Assembly: GCA_963804955.1 (NCBI GenBank)
Contig: CAWDSQ010000007.1
Location: 352,001-416,000 of the forward strand
Reading direction: 5' to 3'
Length of the DNA: 64,000 nt
DNA from: an uncultured delta proteobacterium
GTDB lineage: Bacteria; Desulfobacterota; WTBG01; CAIYCZ01; CAIRTM01
A program made the position numbers and the translations under genes. This document shows positions 23,114 through 32,192 of the stretch, in pieces. Within the stretch, counting starts at the first letter, position 1; each line of letters begins with the position of its first letter. The notes under the pieces were generated by a model, which did not search any database, was not told the DNA's origin, and saw only the letters and a list, made by a program, of their open reading frames with translations.

Positions 23114-23677
23114 GTGGCGCTTAAAATTACGCAAATGGCTATACCTGACGTGTGCATCATCAAACCCGATGTGTTCCGCGACAGCCGCGGTTTTTTCATG
23201 GAAACCTATCAGCTTCAAAAATATGAGCAGCTGGGCATAACCAGGCCTTTTGTGCAGGATAATCACTCCCGCTCCTCTAAGGGCATTCTGCGCGGCATGC
23301 ACTATCAGCTCAACTTTCCCCAGGCAAAACTGGTATCGGTGCTGCGGGGAGAAATTTTCGACGTGGCCATTGACATACGCAGGGGATCGCCTTCCTTTGG
23401 CCGCTGGGTGGGCGAGGTGCTGTCCGAAGATAACAATTACCAGCTGTTTATCCCTGAGGGGTTTGCCCACGGTTTCTGCGTGCTGAGCGACACCGTCGAT
23501 CTCTTCTATAAATGCACTGAGTACTACCACCCGGAAGACGACCGGGGCATCAACTGGGCGGATGAGGCCGTGGGGATCACCTGGCCGCAGCGCACAGCCC
23601 TGACCTCAGACAAGGACAGCCGCCTGCCCTTTCTTGAAAATGTTCCGCCGGAGCTCCTGCCTGTGTACAAGCCCTAG
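23114..23677 (+). CDS. rfbC: dTDP-4-dehydrorhamnose 3,5-epimerase
   Basis: DSRGFFME, FVQDNHSRS, LRGMHYQ and IPEGFAHGF. Confidence 0.96.
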   Translation: MALKITQMAIPDVCIIKPDVFRDSRGFFMETYQLQKYEQLGITRPFVQDNHSRSSKGILRGMHYQLNFPQAKLVSVLRGEIFDVAIDIRRGSPSFGRWVGEVLSEDNNYQLFIPEGFAHGFCVLSDTVDLFYKCTEYYHPEDDRGINWADEAVGITWPQRTALTSDKDSRLPFLENVPPELLPVYKP

Positions 23678-23707
23678 CCGATCGTCTCTGTGTCGTTACG
23701 CCGCGCT

Positions 23708-23736
23708 TGACAGCAGGAGTTATTTTTCACATAATG
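23708..23736 (+). promoter_or_regulatory. sigma70 promoter upstream of the tRNA-Leu remnant
   Basis: TTGACA-17 bp-CATAAT. Confidence 0.65.
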
Positions 23737-23772
23737 CGGCATGATAATTTTTACAGGCAAGGCATCACCTAT

Positions 23773-23810
23773 GCCGGTGTGGTGGAATTGATAGAGCAGA
23801 GGACTCAAAA
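23773..23810 (+). pseudogene. 5' half of a degenerate tRNA-Leu(CAA)
   Basis: GCCGGTGTGGTGGAATTGATAGAGCAGAGGACTCAAAA resembles the tRNA-Leu pattern GCCG..GTGGTGGAATTGGTAGAC...GACTCAAAA. No T-arm or 3' acceptor strand follows. Confidence 0.6.
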
Positions 23811-23817
23811 GGCAGTG

Positions 23818-23942
23818 GGGGTGTTGAAAAAGTGTCATCCTGAACGAAGTGAAGGATCTCTGGTTATTCGGGCTTATAAAATTCAACAAGATAGAGATTC
23901 TTCGCTGCGCTCAGAATGACTTTAGGGGGTTTTCAACCCCCC
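23818..23942. mobile_element. 125-bp MITE with 13-bp TIRs, 6-bp target duplication GCAGTG and an internal REP-like doublet
   Basis: GGGGTGTTGAAAA / TTTTCAACCCCCC (1 mismatch); GCAGTG at 23812-23817 and 23943-23948; interior GTCATCCTGAACGAAGTGAAGGATCT...AGATTCTTCGCTGCGCTCAGAATGAC. Confidence 0.8.
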
Positions 23943-24073
23943 GCAGTGTCTACCTTGTAATTTTCTGTTCCCTGTCCTGAAAACCATGACCACCGATGCA
24001 CATACCCCTTTCAAAGCCAGCCATCCGACTAACGCCCTTCATGAATGACTGCTACAGCCTTCTGATAATTTAT

Positions 24074-24119
24074 TTGACAGCAGCATGGAAACAATGATAG
24101 TAGTATTCCATATGAATAA
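24074..24119 (+). promoter_or_regulatory. promoter with 17-bp palindromic operator
   Basis: TTGACA at 24074-79; GTATTC-catat-GAATAA at 24103-24119. Confidence 0.55.
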
Positions 24120-24261
24120 TACATTCTAAAGACATACTCTCTTACAAGAACGCTACCGTTTAAACAATAACCATTTTACAGACAAGGGAAAAAACATATG
24201 CGACACCGCCGCAACACTCACTGAGGAGCAGCTCTATAATGAAATTATTGAGTATCTTGAA

Positions 24262-24744
24262 ATGAATAATATATGCACCCTGGCATTTGCGTACAGCAAT
24301 GTTCCCCGTGCGACCCCTGTTGAATACCGTAATGACGGGGCCAACATCTATGTTGTCTCTGAAGGGATGAGTCATCAGATGTATGCAGCAGGACAAAAAA
24401 ATAAGGTTGTGGAGTGGAAAAAAATGTTTATCGAACGAAACCCTCTCTGCTCCGTAGGTCTTATCTCTCCGTACTTCGGTTTCAAGTCAACACGCGGTCT
24501 GCGGATATGGGGGCGCGCGCAGGTCTTCCACAAAGGAGATGCGGAATGGGGAAAAGGCTGCGAGCTGCTGCATGTTGCAAGGAGCCTGCCTGATTTTAAT
24601 CAGACGGAAATCCCTGACTTTCTCATAGTCATTAAAATTGTACCGGAAATGATGCAGTATTTTAATCTGCCCAGGGGTATTAAGCGTGCCCGGTGGTTAG
24701 CTCCCGGAGTAAACCCCGACTCATGGAACTGCCCCTGGGAATAA
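24262..24744 (+). CDS. pyridoxamine 5'-phosphate oxidase-like split-barrel flavin/heme-binding protein; the true start may be upstream
   Basis: ICTLA..NVPRATPVEY, NPLCSV and RGLRIWGRA. The open frame extends upstream (LTEEQLYNEIIEYLE) to a TAA at 24127. Confidence 0.75.
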   Translation: MNNICTLAFAYSNVPRATPVEYRNDGANIYVVSEGMSHQMYAAGQKNKVVEWKKMFIERNPLCSVGLISPYFGFKSTRGLRIWGRAQVFHKGDAEWGKGCELLHVARSLPDFNQTEIPDFLIVIKIVPEMMQYFNLPRGIKRARWLAPGVNPDSWNCPWE

Positions 24745-24821
24745 TTGAAACTGATAAGCCCTCACTTCGGAATGGGCAGAATAGAAATGAAGGATGATGG
24801 TGTGCCAGGGTTAGAGCATTT

Positions 24822-25214
24822 TTAAGGCTTCGAATGCTGCAACAGATTGAGCCGCAGGGAGGTCATCAGCGGATAAAGCAGTTCATGGGTTTCTCTCAAT
24901 AAAACGCTGCCCAGCTTGGTTAACATATAATATTTCCTTTGAGCACCTCGGGCTGAAGGTTCCATGTGACTTTTCAGCACACCATCGCTTTCCAGGGAGC
25001 GCAATTTTTTATACAGATTATTCCTATCGATATCAAAGCCGCCTCTTGTCTGTTTAAGAATCTCCGCCTTGATCTCGTAAACATATTTCGGGCTTTCGCT
25101 TATGATGACGAGAGTAATAAATTGCAAAAAGCCTCTTTTCAAATCAAAGACTATCTGGTCGTGGTACTTTTCCTTGATTTTCTGCTTTGGCATTTCAACT
25201 TTTTTATTTTTCAT
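24822..25214 (-). CDS. PadR-family transcriptional regulator
   Basis: LKRGFLQ, YVYEI, LYKKLRSLESDG and RKYYMLTKLG. Confidence 0.9.
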   Translation of the reverse strand: MKNKKVEMPKQKIKEKYHDQIVFDLKRGFLQFITLVIISESPKYVYEIKAEILKQTRGGFDIDRNNLYKKLRSLESDGVLKSHMEPSARGAQRKYYMLTKLGSVLLRETHELLYPLMTSLRLNLLQHSKP

Positions 25215-25672
25215 AGTGTTCCCATCATATTTTTTAATTCGATAAAAAAACTCCCTGCCCGCTATACCGAATTTATTTTACCATACGTATTGTGATTTTG
25301 TATATATTTTTAAAGGCTGCAGGCAAACAACGCCGAAAAACCCGCATGAAATAAGCATTGGGCAGGTTGCGCCCTCGGTGCATCAGCAAACATGCCGTTG
25401 CAAATCTCTGGTATTGCGTATTATGACAGATGGGCATTCTGCCTGTGCGGCACTGGCATTTGCATATCACAGGCGTTAAATATCCGGCTATAAGTATTCT
25501 TTGAGCAGTTCGCCGGTGCGGACAAGCATTAATATGCCCGGAACAGTCGGCCTTTGAAGCTCCCTGCGGGCAGAGGGTACTGTGGTAATAATAACTTTTT
25601 TATTGACACAAAAGCTTAACGGTATTATTCTAATACATTATTACTTAATAAAAATTTATTACAGGAAGTCCT

Positions 25673-26047
25673 ATGATTTCAGATCAAAAAATAATTGAAA
25701 AACATTTGCAGCAATTGCTCTTTGATATAAAGCGCGGTTTTTTGCAGTATGTTGTCCTGTCGCTTATTGATCAGGGGCCCCAATACGCTTATGAAATCAA
25801 AGAAAAAGTATACGCTGTAACAGGAGGCACGTTCGATATCGATCGCAACAACCTGTATAAAAAGCTAAGAACTCTTGAGCATGAAGGGATACTGAAAAGC
25901 CTTGAAAAACCTTCGGATCACGGCGCTAACAGAAAATATTATTCACTTACCCCTTTTGGCAAAAATTTTCTAAAAGAAGTCTCATCCCTGATGCAGCCTG
26001 TAATAGAATCATTCTATAACCGCATGCGGGATCTTGATATTGGCTGA
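25673..26047 (+). CDS. PadR-family transcriptional regulator (paralog)
   Basis: IKRGFLQ, YAYEI, LYKKLRTLEHEG and RKYYSLTPFG. Promoter TTGACA-17-TATTCT at 25603-25631. Confidence 0.9.
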   Translation: MISDQKIIEKHLQQLLFDIKRGFLQYVVLSLIDQGPQYAYEIKEKVYAVTGGTFDIDRNNLYKKLRTLEHEGILKSLEKPSDHGANRKYYSLTPFGKNFLKEVSSLMQPVIESFYNRMRDLDIG

Positions 26048-26234
26048 ACCCTCCGTCTTGCCTGGCTTTCTTATGAGCCACAGGCTCCGGCGGTCTCCTC
26101 CGGGCATCTGCTGTACCATGATTATACAACAGCCTCCATGCATGGGGCCTATTCAACCCTTTTGACCTTCAACAAGCTCTTTTCAAGCATCCCCTCAGAG
26201 AATACAAAACAAAAAATTATTACTTATTTTTTTC

Positions 26235-26302
26235 TTGACAATTTCAGTATGCCAGTAGTATCTTAAGGGTATACTTCTAAAGTTATTAGTTCTTAGAATT
26301 AC
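26235..26302 (+). promoter_or_regulatory. promoter of the redox operon with degenerate operator
   Basis: TTGACA at 26235-40, TATCTT at 26259-64, TTAGTT-cttag-AATTAC at 26286-26302. Confidence 0.5.
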
Positions 26303-26363
26303 TAAATTGCGGTCTTTCCAAAAAAAACAATTGTTTACCTGTTCACATTTTGAAAGAACAGCA

Positions 26364-27689
26364 ATGAAGCAAAAATATGATCTCGTAGTAGTTGGGGGCG
26401 GCACATCGGGGCTTGAAGCGGCGAAAACCGCCGCACAGAACGGTTTAAAAGTTGCCTTGATTGAGCGAAAAACAGACCCGGCAAAGATTCAGCGATCATG
26501 CGCTCAGATGTTTCTCTTGAATATGGATTCCTTCTACAATGAGCACATGTATTTTTCCCGCGAGCAGAAGCGGTGGGTTTTTCCGGTAAACAACTTTTCC
26601 GTTAATTATCCGGGGGATTACCGCGAGTTTTATGCGCTCCATTTCACAGCACCCAATGGCGTTGACCGTATTGAAATCGGCGATTACGAAAAAAATGCTT
26701 CCGGAAAGGGTGTGCCTGCTGTTGTTTTTGACAAAGGCGCGCTGCTTGGCGGACTTTATGCGGAAGGCCGGCAGGCGGGCGTGGATTACTATCTGGGCCG
26801 CAATGTGGTGGATGCCCGAAATACATCGCAGGGGGTACGCGTGAAAACCGCTGAAGGGGATTCTTTGACAGGGTCCTTCTGTATCGCTGCCGACGGTATT
26901 AACTCAAGACTTGCAAGAATTTCCGGACTGAACCGTGACCGGGTGTTTATCAATACCGGCCGCGCCAACAGTTATTATATTACCGGGGTTGAGTTTGAGC
27001 GTTCTGAAATGATCGCCCTGGGCCTCTGTTACGGCCCGGGTCAGCTGGGTACGATTATGTTCTGCATGCTACCCAGTGTTTACCGGAAAGATGAATACTG
27101 GCTGTATATTCAGGGCAAGGAACGGCTTGAATATCTGACCCGGCAAAGCAACTACCGGCACTGGTTTAAAAATGTCGAGATTACCCATGAACGCTGTGCC
27201 GTGGTGAGCAACTGGAGTCCGGCCAAAGAACCTTTTAAGGATAATATTATATTTGTCGGAGACAGCTGCTGGTTTGCGGAAGCGGAAAATACCGGCGCCC
27301 TGCTGTCAGGGCATAAAGCGGCAAATGCCGTGTGTGCAGCCCTTCATACGGGGCAGGTAAGCCGTGAAGGGGTAAAGGATTATATTGACTGGTGGCAGAA
27401 GAACTGGGCGGAAACCCATGATTATAAAGAATTTGTCATGTATCCGGTATTTAACCGGCTGTTTAATGAAGAAGAACATAACTACCTGCATAAAATCATT
27501 GACACGAAGCTTCCCTGGACCATGAATCCTTTTTTGATGTACCGGGGCCTCAGTGAAGGCTTAAAACCTCATCTGGATACCATACGAAAAGAACGTCCGG
27601 TTATTGCCAAAAAAATCGAAATGTTTACACCGGAAATGGCGGCTTTGCTGATGAGTAAAGCAAGCAGGATGGGATATCCCTGCTATTAA
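26364..27689 (+). CDS. geranylgeranyl reductase/FixC-family FAD-dependent oxidoreductase
   Basis: YDLVVVGGGTSG, IAADGINSRLAR and FVGDS. Confidence 0.85.
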   Translation: MKQKYDLVVVGGGTSGLEAAKTAAQNGLKVALIERKTDPAKIQRSCAQMFLLNMDSFYNEHMYFSREQKRWVFPVNNFSVNYPGDYREFYALHFTAPNGVDRIEIGDYEKNASGKGVPAVVFDKGALLGGLYAEGRQAGVDYYLGRNVVDARNTSQGVRVKTAEGDSLTGSFCIAADGINSRLARISGLNRDRVFINTGRANSYYITGVEFERSEMIALGLCYGPGQLGTIMFCMLPSVYRKDEYWLYIQGKERLEYLTRQSNYRHWFKNVEITHERCAVVSNWSPAKEPFKDNIIFVGDSCWFAEAENTGALLSGHKAANAVCAALHTGQVSREGVKDYIDWWQKNWAETHDYKEFVMYPVFNRLFNEEEHNYLHKIIDTKLPWTMNPFLMYRGLSEGLKPHLDTIRKERPVIAKKIEMFTPEMAALLMSKASRMGYPCY

Positions 27690-27755
27690 TAATTCCAGGA
27701 ATAATTGAGGGCATCCGCAGGTAAAAAATTTAAACAACTTATCAAGCAGATAAAA

Positions 27756-28046
27756 ATGAAAAAACAAGCCCCTACAGCATTTGGATCCGTTATCCCCATT
27801 ACTGAAAATTTTCAAAAAAATGATGACTGGCGTTTTGAAAGACCTGTATGGGACACAGAGAAGTGTGTCCGGTGCGGCATATGTTATGTGTCCTGCCCGG
27901 ACGGCGCCATTTATCAAAATAAAGACGGATACTATGAGGCGGATTTACAGTACTGCAAGGGCTGCGGTCTTTGTATCCGGCAATGTGTTACAGGATGCAT
28001 ATCACTGGAAATAGCTGTAGAACGTGCTCCGTGGCTGGCTAAATAA
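27756..28046 (+). CDS. PorD-like 2x[4Fe-4S] ferredoxin (2-oxoacid:Fd oxidoreductase delta subunit)
   Basis: DWRFERPVWDTEKCVRCGICYVSCPD and DLQYCKGCGLCIRQC. Confidence 0.85.
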   Translation: MKKQAPTAFGSVIPITENFQKNDDWRFERPVWDTEKCVRCGICYVSCPDGAIYQNKDGYYEADLQYCKGCGLCIRQCVTGCISLEIAVERAPWLAK

Positions 28047-28069
28047 TATGTTCAGGAGGCAACTCATTC

Positions 28070-28999
28070 ATGGATAGGTTCTCAGTATTTGCACCAAAAA
28101 TTTTACCCCGTCAGGAACGCTTTCTTAGTGGAAGGCGGTCCTGTAAGGGATGTGCGAAATCCCTGGCCGCGCGGCTTGTTTCCAAAATATCCGATTCCGC
28201 TGACCCTGCACTGGGTGGGCTAAACGGTCAAAATGACGGGCTAAGCGCAAACAGCTTTTCACATGACCGTGTCACTACGGCAGATACGCTTGAAAAACTT
28301 ATTTCAAGCATAGACAGCTTTAATGAAAAGTCTGCCAGGCAGTCCCGGACAGCGCATGTGCCGGTTAAAAAGCCGGTCATTGCAATTGACCGGAAAATAC
28401 TAAATACGGATTACGTTGTGCTTCAGCGCATTTTAAAAAATAAAAATGTCGTGATTGTCTGTTTCGACAATGAACCCGCAATTGATTCTCTGATCCGCAA
28501 AGCCATTCCCCGGCCATTTGTCCACAATGATAGAAACCACCCGGTTACCGGGAAGGATGTTAGGGCTGCCGTGCGGGAAAAGAACATCCCGGCAGTCATG
28601 GCCAAAGAAGATTTCGCATACATTGCAACGGCCTGTCCCAGCTATCCTTTCGACCTGATTGAAAAGGTTCGCCAGGCCCGGAAATGTTCCGCTAATGCGT
28701 TTATTTTAGTCATGACACCCTGCCCTACCGGATGGATGTTTGCTCCGAACCAGACACTTACTGTCGGCCACCGTGCAGTCTTAACCGGATACTTTCCGTT
28801 GTTTGAAGTTAAAGACGACAAGATACGTCTAACCGTGCAACCGAAAAACCGCAAACCGGTTCAGGAATATCTGGCTCTGCAAAAGCGTTTTTTCACCTTT
28901 CCGCCGAGTCTGATACCTGCGCTACAGGCGGCCGTTGATGAATTTTATGATGACCTTCAAAAAACAGGAACAATCCATGAAATTGCCACGAAAAAATAA
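28070..28999 (+). CDS. degenerate PorB-like protein lacking the TPP-binding GDG motif
   Basis: SGRRSCKGC, VCFDNE, YIATACPSYPFDLIEKV, TPCPTGW, TGYFPLFE and PVQEYLALQKRF are PorB-like. The GDGG region reads AIDRKI. Confidence 0.75.
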   Translation: MDRFSVFAPKILPRQERFLSGRRSCKGCAKSLAARLVSKISDSADPALGGLNGQNDGLSANSFSHDRVTTADTLEKLISSIDSFNEKSARQSRTAHVPVKKPVIAIDRKILNTDYVVLQRILKNKNVVIVCFDNEPAIDSLIRKAIPRPFVHNDRNHPVTGKDVRAAVREKNIPAVMAKEDFAYIATACPSYPFDLIEKVRQARKCSANAFILVMTPCPTGWMFAPNQTLTVGHRAVLTGYFPLFEVKDDKIRLTVQPKNRKPVQEYLALQKRFFTFPPSLIPALQAAVDEFYDDLQKTGTIHEIATKK

Positions 29000-29453
29000 G
29001 GTTGATCAAATAATTGAAAATTACAAAAAAGACCAGGGCACACTGATTTCACTGCTTCAGGATATTCAGTCTGAGTTCGGCTATCTACCGAAGGACGTTC
29101 TGTCGTATGCAGGCGAATCAGCAAATGTCCCGCTCAGCAAACTTTTTGCTGTTGCTTCTTTTTATCATTCATTCAGCCTGGAACCCCGGGGGAAACACCT
29201 GGTCAGCGTATGCACAGGTACTGCATGCCATGTAAAGAATGCGGGCAACCTGGCGCAGAGCGTTTCCCGTGAACTCGGTCTTGAAAAAGATGAAGGCACC
29301 AGTGCTGACGGTACATTCACCTTAAAGAAAGTCCGCTGCCTCGGATGTTGCAGTATGGCTCCGGTGGTAAAAATCAATGACGATATCCACGGCGGCATGA
29401 CACAAGTCAAAACAGGAAAATTACTTCACCACTATAGAAAAGACAGCACATGA
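28977..29453 (+). CDS. NuoE/HydC/BamG-like [2Fe-2S] subunit
   Basis: LQDIQSEFGYLP, VCTGTACHVK and CLGCCSMAPV. Confidence 0.92.
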   Translation: MKLPRKNKVDQIIENYKKDQGTLISLLQDIQSEFGYLPKDVLSYAGESANVPLSKLFAVASFYHSFSLEPRGKHLVSVCTGTACHVKNAGNLAQSVSRELGLEKDEGTSADGTFTLKKVRCLGCCSMAPVVKINDDIHGGMTQVKTGKLLHHYRKDST

Positions 29454-31312
29454 TGAAGAGTAAAACCTTTACGCATCTGGAGAAACTGGAAAAATCCGGA
29501 CAGGCCTCGCTCTTCCCGAATCGAATCAAGATTACGGTGGGATTTGCTTCCTGTGGCGTTGCTGCAGGTGCACAGGCCGTCCTGAACGCTTTTACAACAG
29601 GAATCAAAAAACGCAAACTGGATGTTCAGCTACAAAAGGCCGGCTGCGGCGGCATGTGTCATCAGGAACCACTGGTTGATATCTGGATCCCCGGAAAGGT
29701 CCGTCTGACTTATGGCAAGGTAACCCCGGACAATGCACAGTCCATACTGGCTGCAATCAAATCGGATATGATTCCTGAAGGGGCTCTTTTTAAAACACCG
29801 TTAGGGCCATCATCCTGCTGTGAAGATGTAGGGGACACTACCAGCCATCCATTTTACCGGAAACAGCAGCGGGTAGCGCTTCGTAACTGCGGCGTGATCG
29901 ATCCTGAAAACATTAAGGAATATATTGCCCTTGAGGGATATCAGGGCTTGGCTGTTGCGTTGAGTGAAAAAACACCCCTGCAGGTGATCAGTGAAGTAGA
30001 AAAATCCGGCTTGCGTGGACGCGGCGGCGGCGGTTTCCCAACCGGATTGAAGTGGAAGACCTGCCGTAAAGCCAAAGGAAAACAAAAATATATCATCTGC
30101 AATGCCGATGAAGGTGATCCAGGCGCATATATGGATAGAAGCATCCTTGAAGGCGACCCGCATGCAGTGATTGAAGGTATGCTGCTTGCCGGTTATGCGG
30201 TTGGAGCATCCCGGGGGGTTATTTATGTAAGAGACGAATATCCCCTTGCAATCCAGCGCCTGGAGATTGCTCTTGAACAGGCGCGTAAAAACGGGATACT
30301 GGGCGATTCTGTCCTGGAATCCGACTTCAGCTTTGCTATTCGCATCAGCCGCGGCGCCGGGGCATTTGTCTGCGGCGAAGAAACGGCCCTGATTCAGTCT
30401 GTTGAAGGCGAGTGCGGTGAGCCCCGTCAAAGACCGCCATATCCTGCGGTTGAAGGTTTATACGGCTGTCCGACGATCATTAATAATGTTGAAACGCTGG
30501 CAAATGTATCCGCTCTGATAAAAAGGGGCGCCAGTCAGTTTTCAGCAGTTGGAACTGAAACCAGTAAAGGGACAAAAGTCTTTTCCCTGGTGGGGAAAAT
30601 AAACAACGTGGGACTTGTTGAAGTCCCCATGGGCATCACACTCCGTGAAATCATCTTTGATATCGGCGGCGGCATTCCCGGGGGTAAGGCCTTCAAGGCG
30701 GTTCAGACCGGCGGCCCGTCAGGCGGCTGTATTCCCGAACATCTGATCGATCTGCCGGTGGACTATGATGAACTGGCCAAAACCGGATCCATTATGGGGT
30801 CCGGCGGCTTGATCGTCATGGATGAAAAAACATGCATGGTTGATGTGGCCCTTTATTTTCTCAGGTTCCTTGAAGATGAGTCCTGCGGCAAGTGTACGCC
30901 CTGCAGGGTCGGCGTTACAAGAATGAGAGAAATTCTTGAGGATATCTGCGAGGGCCGGGGAACGGTCAAGGACCTTGCGCTCCTGGAAAAACTGGGCGGC
31001 ATCATCAAGGATTCAGCATTGTGCGGCCTCGGACGAACAGCACCGAACCCTGTTCTGTCGACGTTGAAATATTTTAAAAAAGAGTACCTGGCCCACATTA
31101 AGGACAAAAAATGTCCGGCCGGTGTATGCCGGGAACTTGTCACGTATTCAATTGACAAAAAGACCTGTATTGGCTGCGGCGCCTGTGTAAAGGCCTGTCC
31201 CACTGCGGCCGTCAGCGGGACAAAAAAGAAACCGCATAAGATCAATCAAAAAAAATGCATTAAGTGCGGCGCCTGTTCAGAGATTTGTCCTGTGGGCGCG
31301 ATAGCAACCTGA
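29450..31312 (+). CDS. NuoF/HydB/BamH-like NADH-binding FMN/Fe-S subunit (long, bifurcating-type architecture)
   Basis: N-terminal thioredoxin-like Fe-S domain, GLRGRGGGGFPTG, NADEGDPGAYMDR, GAFVCGEETAL, ESCGKCTPCR and a C-terminal 2x[4Fe-4S] domain. Confidence 0.93.
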   Translation: MMKSKTFTHLEKLEKSGQASLFPNRIKITVGFASCGVAAGAQAVLNAFTTGIKKRKLDVQLQKAGCGGMCHQEPLVDIWIPGKVRLTYGKVTPDNAQSILAAIKSDMIPEGALFKTPLGPSSCCEDVGDTTSHPFYRKQQRVALRNCGVIDPENIKEYIALEGYQGLAVALSEKTPLQVISEVEKSGLRGRGGGGFPTGLKWKTCRKAKGKQKYIICNADEGDPGAYMDRSILEGDPHAVIEGMLLAGYAVGASRGVIYVRDEYPLAIQRLEIALEQARKNGILGDSVLESDFSFAIRISRGAGAFVCGEETALIQSVEGECGEPRQRPPYPAVEGLYGCPTIINNVETLANVSALIKRGASQFSAVGTETSKGTKVFSLVGKINNVGLVEVPMGITLREIIFDIGGGIPGGKAFKAVQTGGPSGGCIPEHLIDLPVDYDELAKTGSIMGSGGLIVMDEKTCMVDVALYFLRFLEDESCGKCTPCRVGVTRMREILEDICEGRGTVKDLALLEKLGGIIKDSALCGLGRTAPNPVLSTLKYFKKEYLAHIKDKKCPAGVCRELVTYSIDKKTCIGCGACVKACPTAAVSGTKKKPHKINQKKCIKCGACSEICPVGAIAT

Positions 31313-31390
31313 CAGGATACATACTTGATTTATGAAACAGGAAGGGTTCCGGATAGCCGAATCTCTTCCTTATCTTCCCAAGGAGTTACC

Positions 31391-32152
31391 ATGGTAACAC
31401 TGAAAATTGATGAAATTCCGGTTCAGGTTCCTGAAGGATCAACGCTGCTTCAGGCAGCTCAAAAGCTCGGTATCTGGATCCCGACTTTATGTCATCATGA
31501 ATCCCTTACCCCCACCGGCGGCTGCAGGCTGTGCGTGGTGGAAATAAAGAGGGATACTACGACTCAAGTTGTCAGCTCCTGTGTGTATAAAGCTGAGGAA
31601 GGTCTTGAGGTGCAGACCGCCACTGAGAAAATCCTGGGTATTCGGCGCTGCATCATTGAACTGCTGCTGGCTGAAGCGCCCGGGGCAGAAGGGCTTCAGG
31701 ACCTGGCCCGTGACCTGGGGGTTAAACCGGTCAAACGTTTTGCCCCAAGAAATGAACTCTGTATTGCCTGCGGCAGATGTGTGCGCGCCTGCAGCGAACT
31801 TGTTGGCGTGAGCGCTATCGGATTCGCCAAACGCGGCTATGAAAAACTGGCGGTATCGCCGTTTTATGAACGGGCAGAGAATTGTATCGGATGCGGCACC
31901 TGTGCGGAAGTCTGCCCGACCGGAGCAATACGTCTTACAGATATCGCTGAAGGTGAAACCGCACGTGCAGCCGACGGAACGACGATTCAGGGACCCGCCC
32001 GGATCATCGAGAACTGGAAAGTAGCCCTGCAACTTAAAACGTGTAAAGAATGCGGAGAAGCTTTTGCACCGGAAAACCAACTGGCGTATTTCTCTAAAAA
32101 AGCCGGGCTGCCTGAGAATTATTATGATGTATGCCGGCATTGCCGTACATGA
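31391..32152 (+). CDS. short NuoG/HydA-N/BamI-like Fe-S subunit with no catalytic domain
   Basis: IPTLC..GGCRLCVVE..SC, CIACGRCVRAC, CIGCGTCAEVCP and a C-terminal CxxC..CxxC; AGGAG RBS. Confidence 0.88.
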   Translation: MVTLKIDEIPVQVPEGSTLLQAAQKLGIWIPTLCHHESLTPTGGCRLCVVEIKRDTTTQVVSSCVYKAEEGLEVQTATEKILGIRRCIIELLLAEAPGAEGLQDLARDLGVKPVKRFAPRNELCIACGRCVRACSELVGVSAIGFAKRGYEKLAVSPFYERAENCIGCGTCAEVCPTGAIRLTDIAEGETARAADGTTIQGPARIIENWKVALQLKTCKECGEAFAPENQLAYFSKKAGLPENYYDVCRHCRT

Positions 32153-32192
32153 CCGGTAAGCACTATTAACTTAAAAAAACATTGGGTAGGTT

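Noticed and set aside
24812..24823. TAGAGCATTTTT match to the MITE TIR
   Set aside because: An isolated 12-bp match with no partner end or interior similarity.
27756..28999. Functional pyruvate:ferredoxin oxidoreductase
   Set aside because: No alpha or gamma subunit is present and the TPP-binding motif is absent.
28977..32152. Respiratory complex I (nuoEFG) or [FeFe]-hydrogenase
   Set aside because: There are no membrane Nuo subunits and no H-cluster motifs; the third subunit is only an Fe-S relay, so no gene symbols were assigned.
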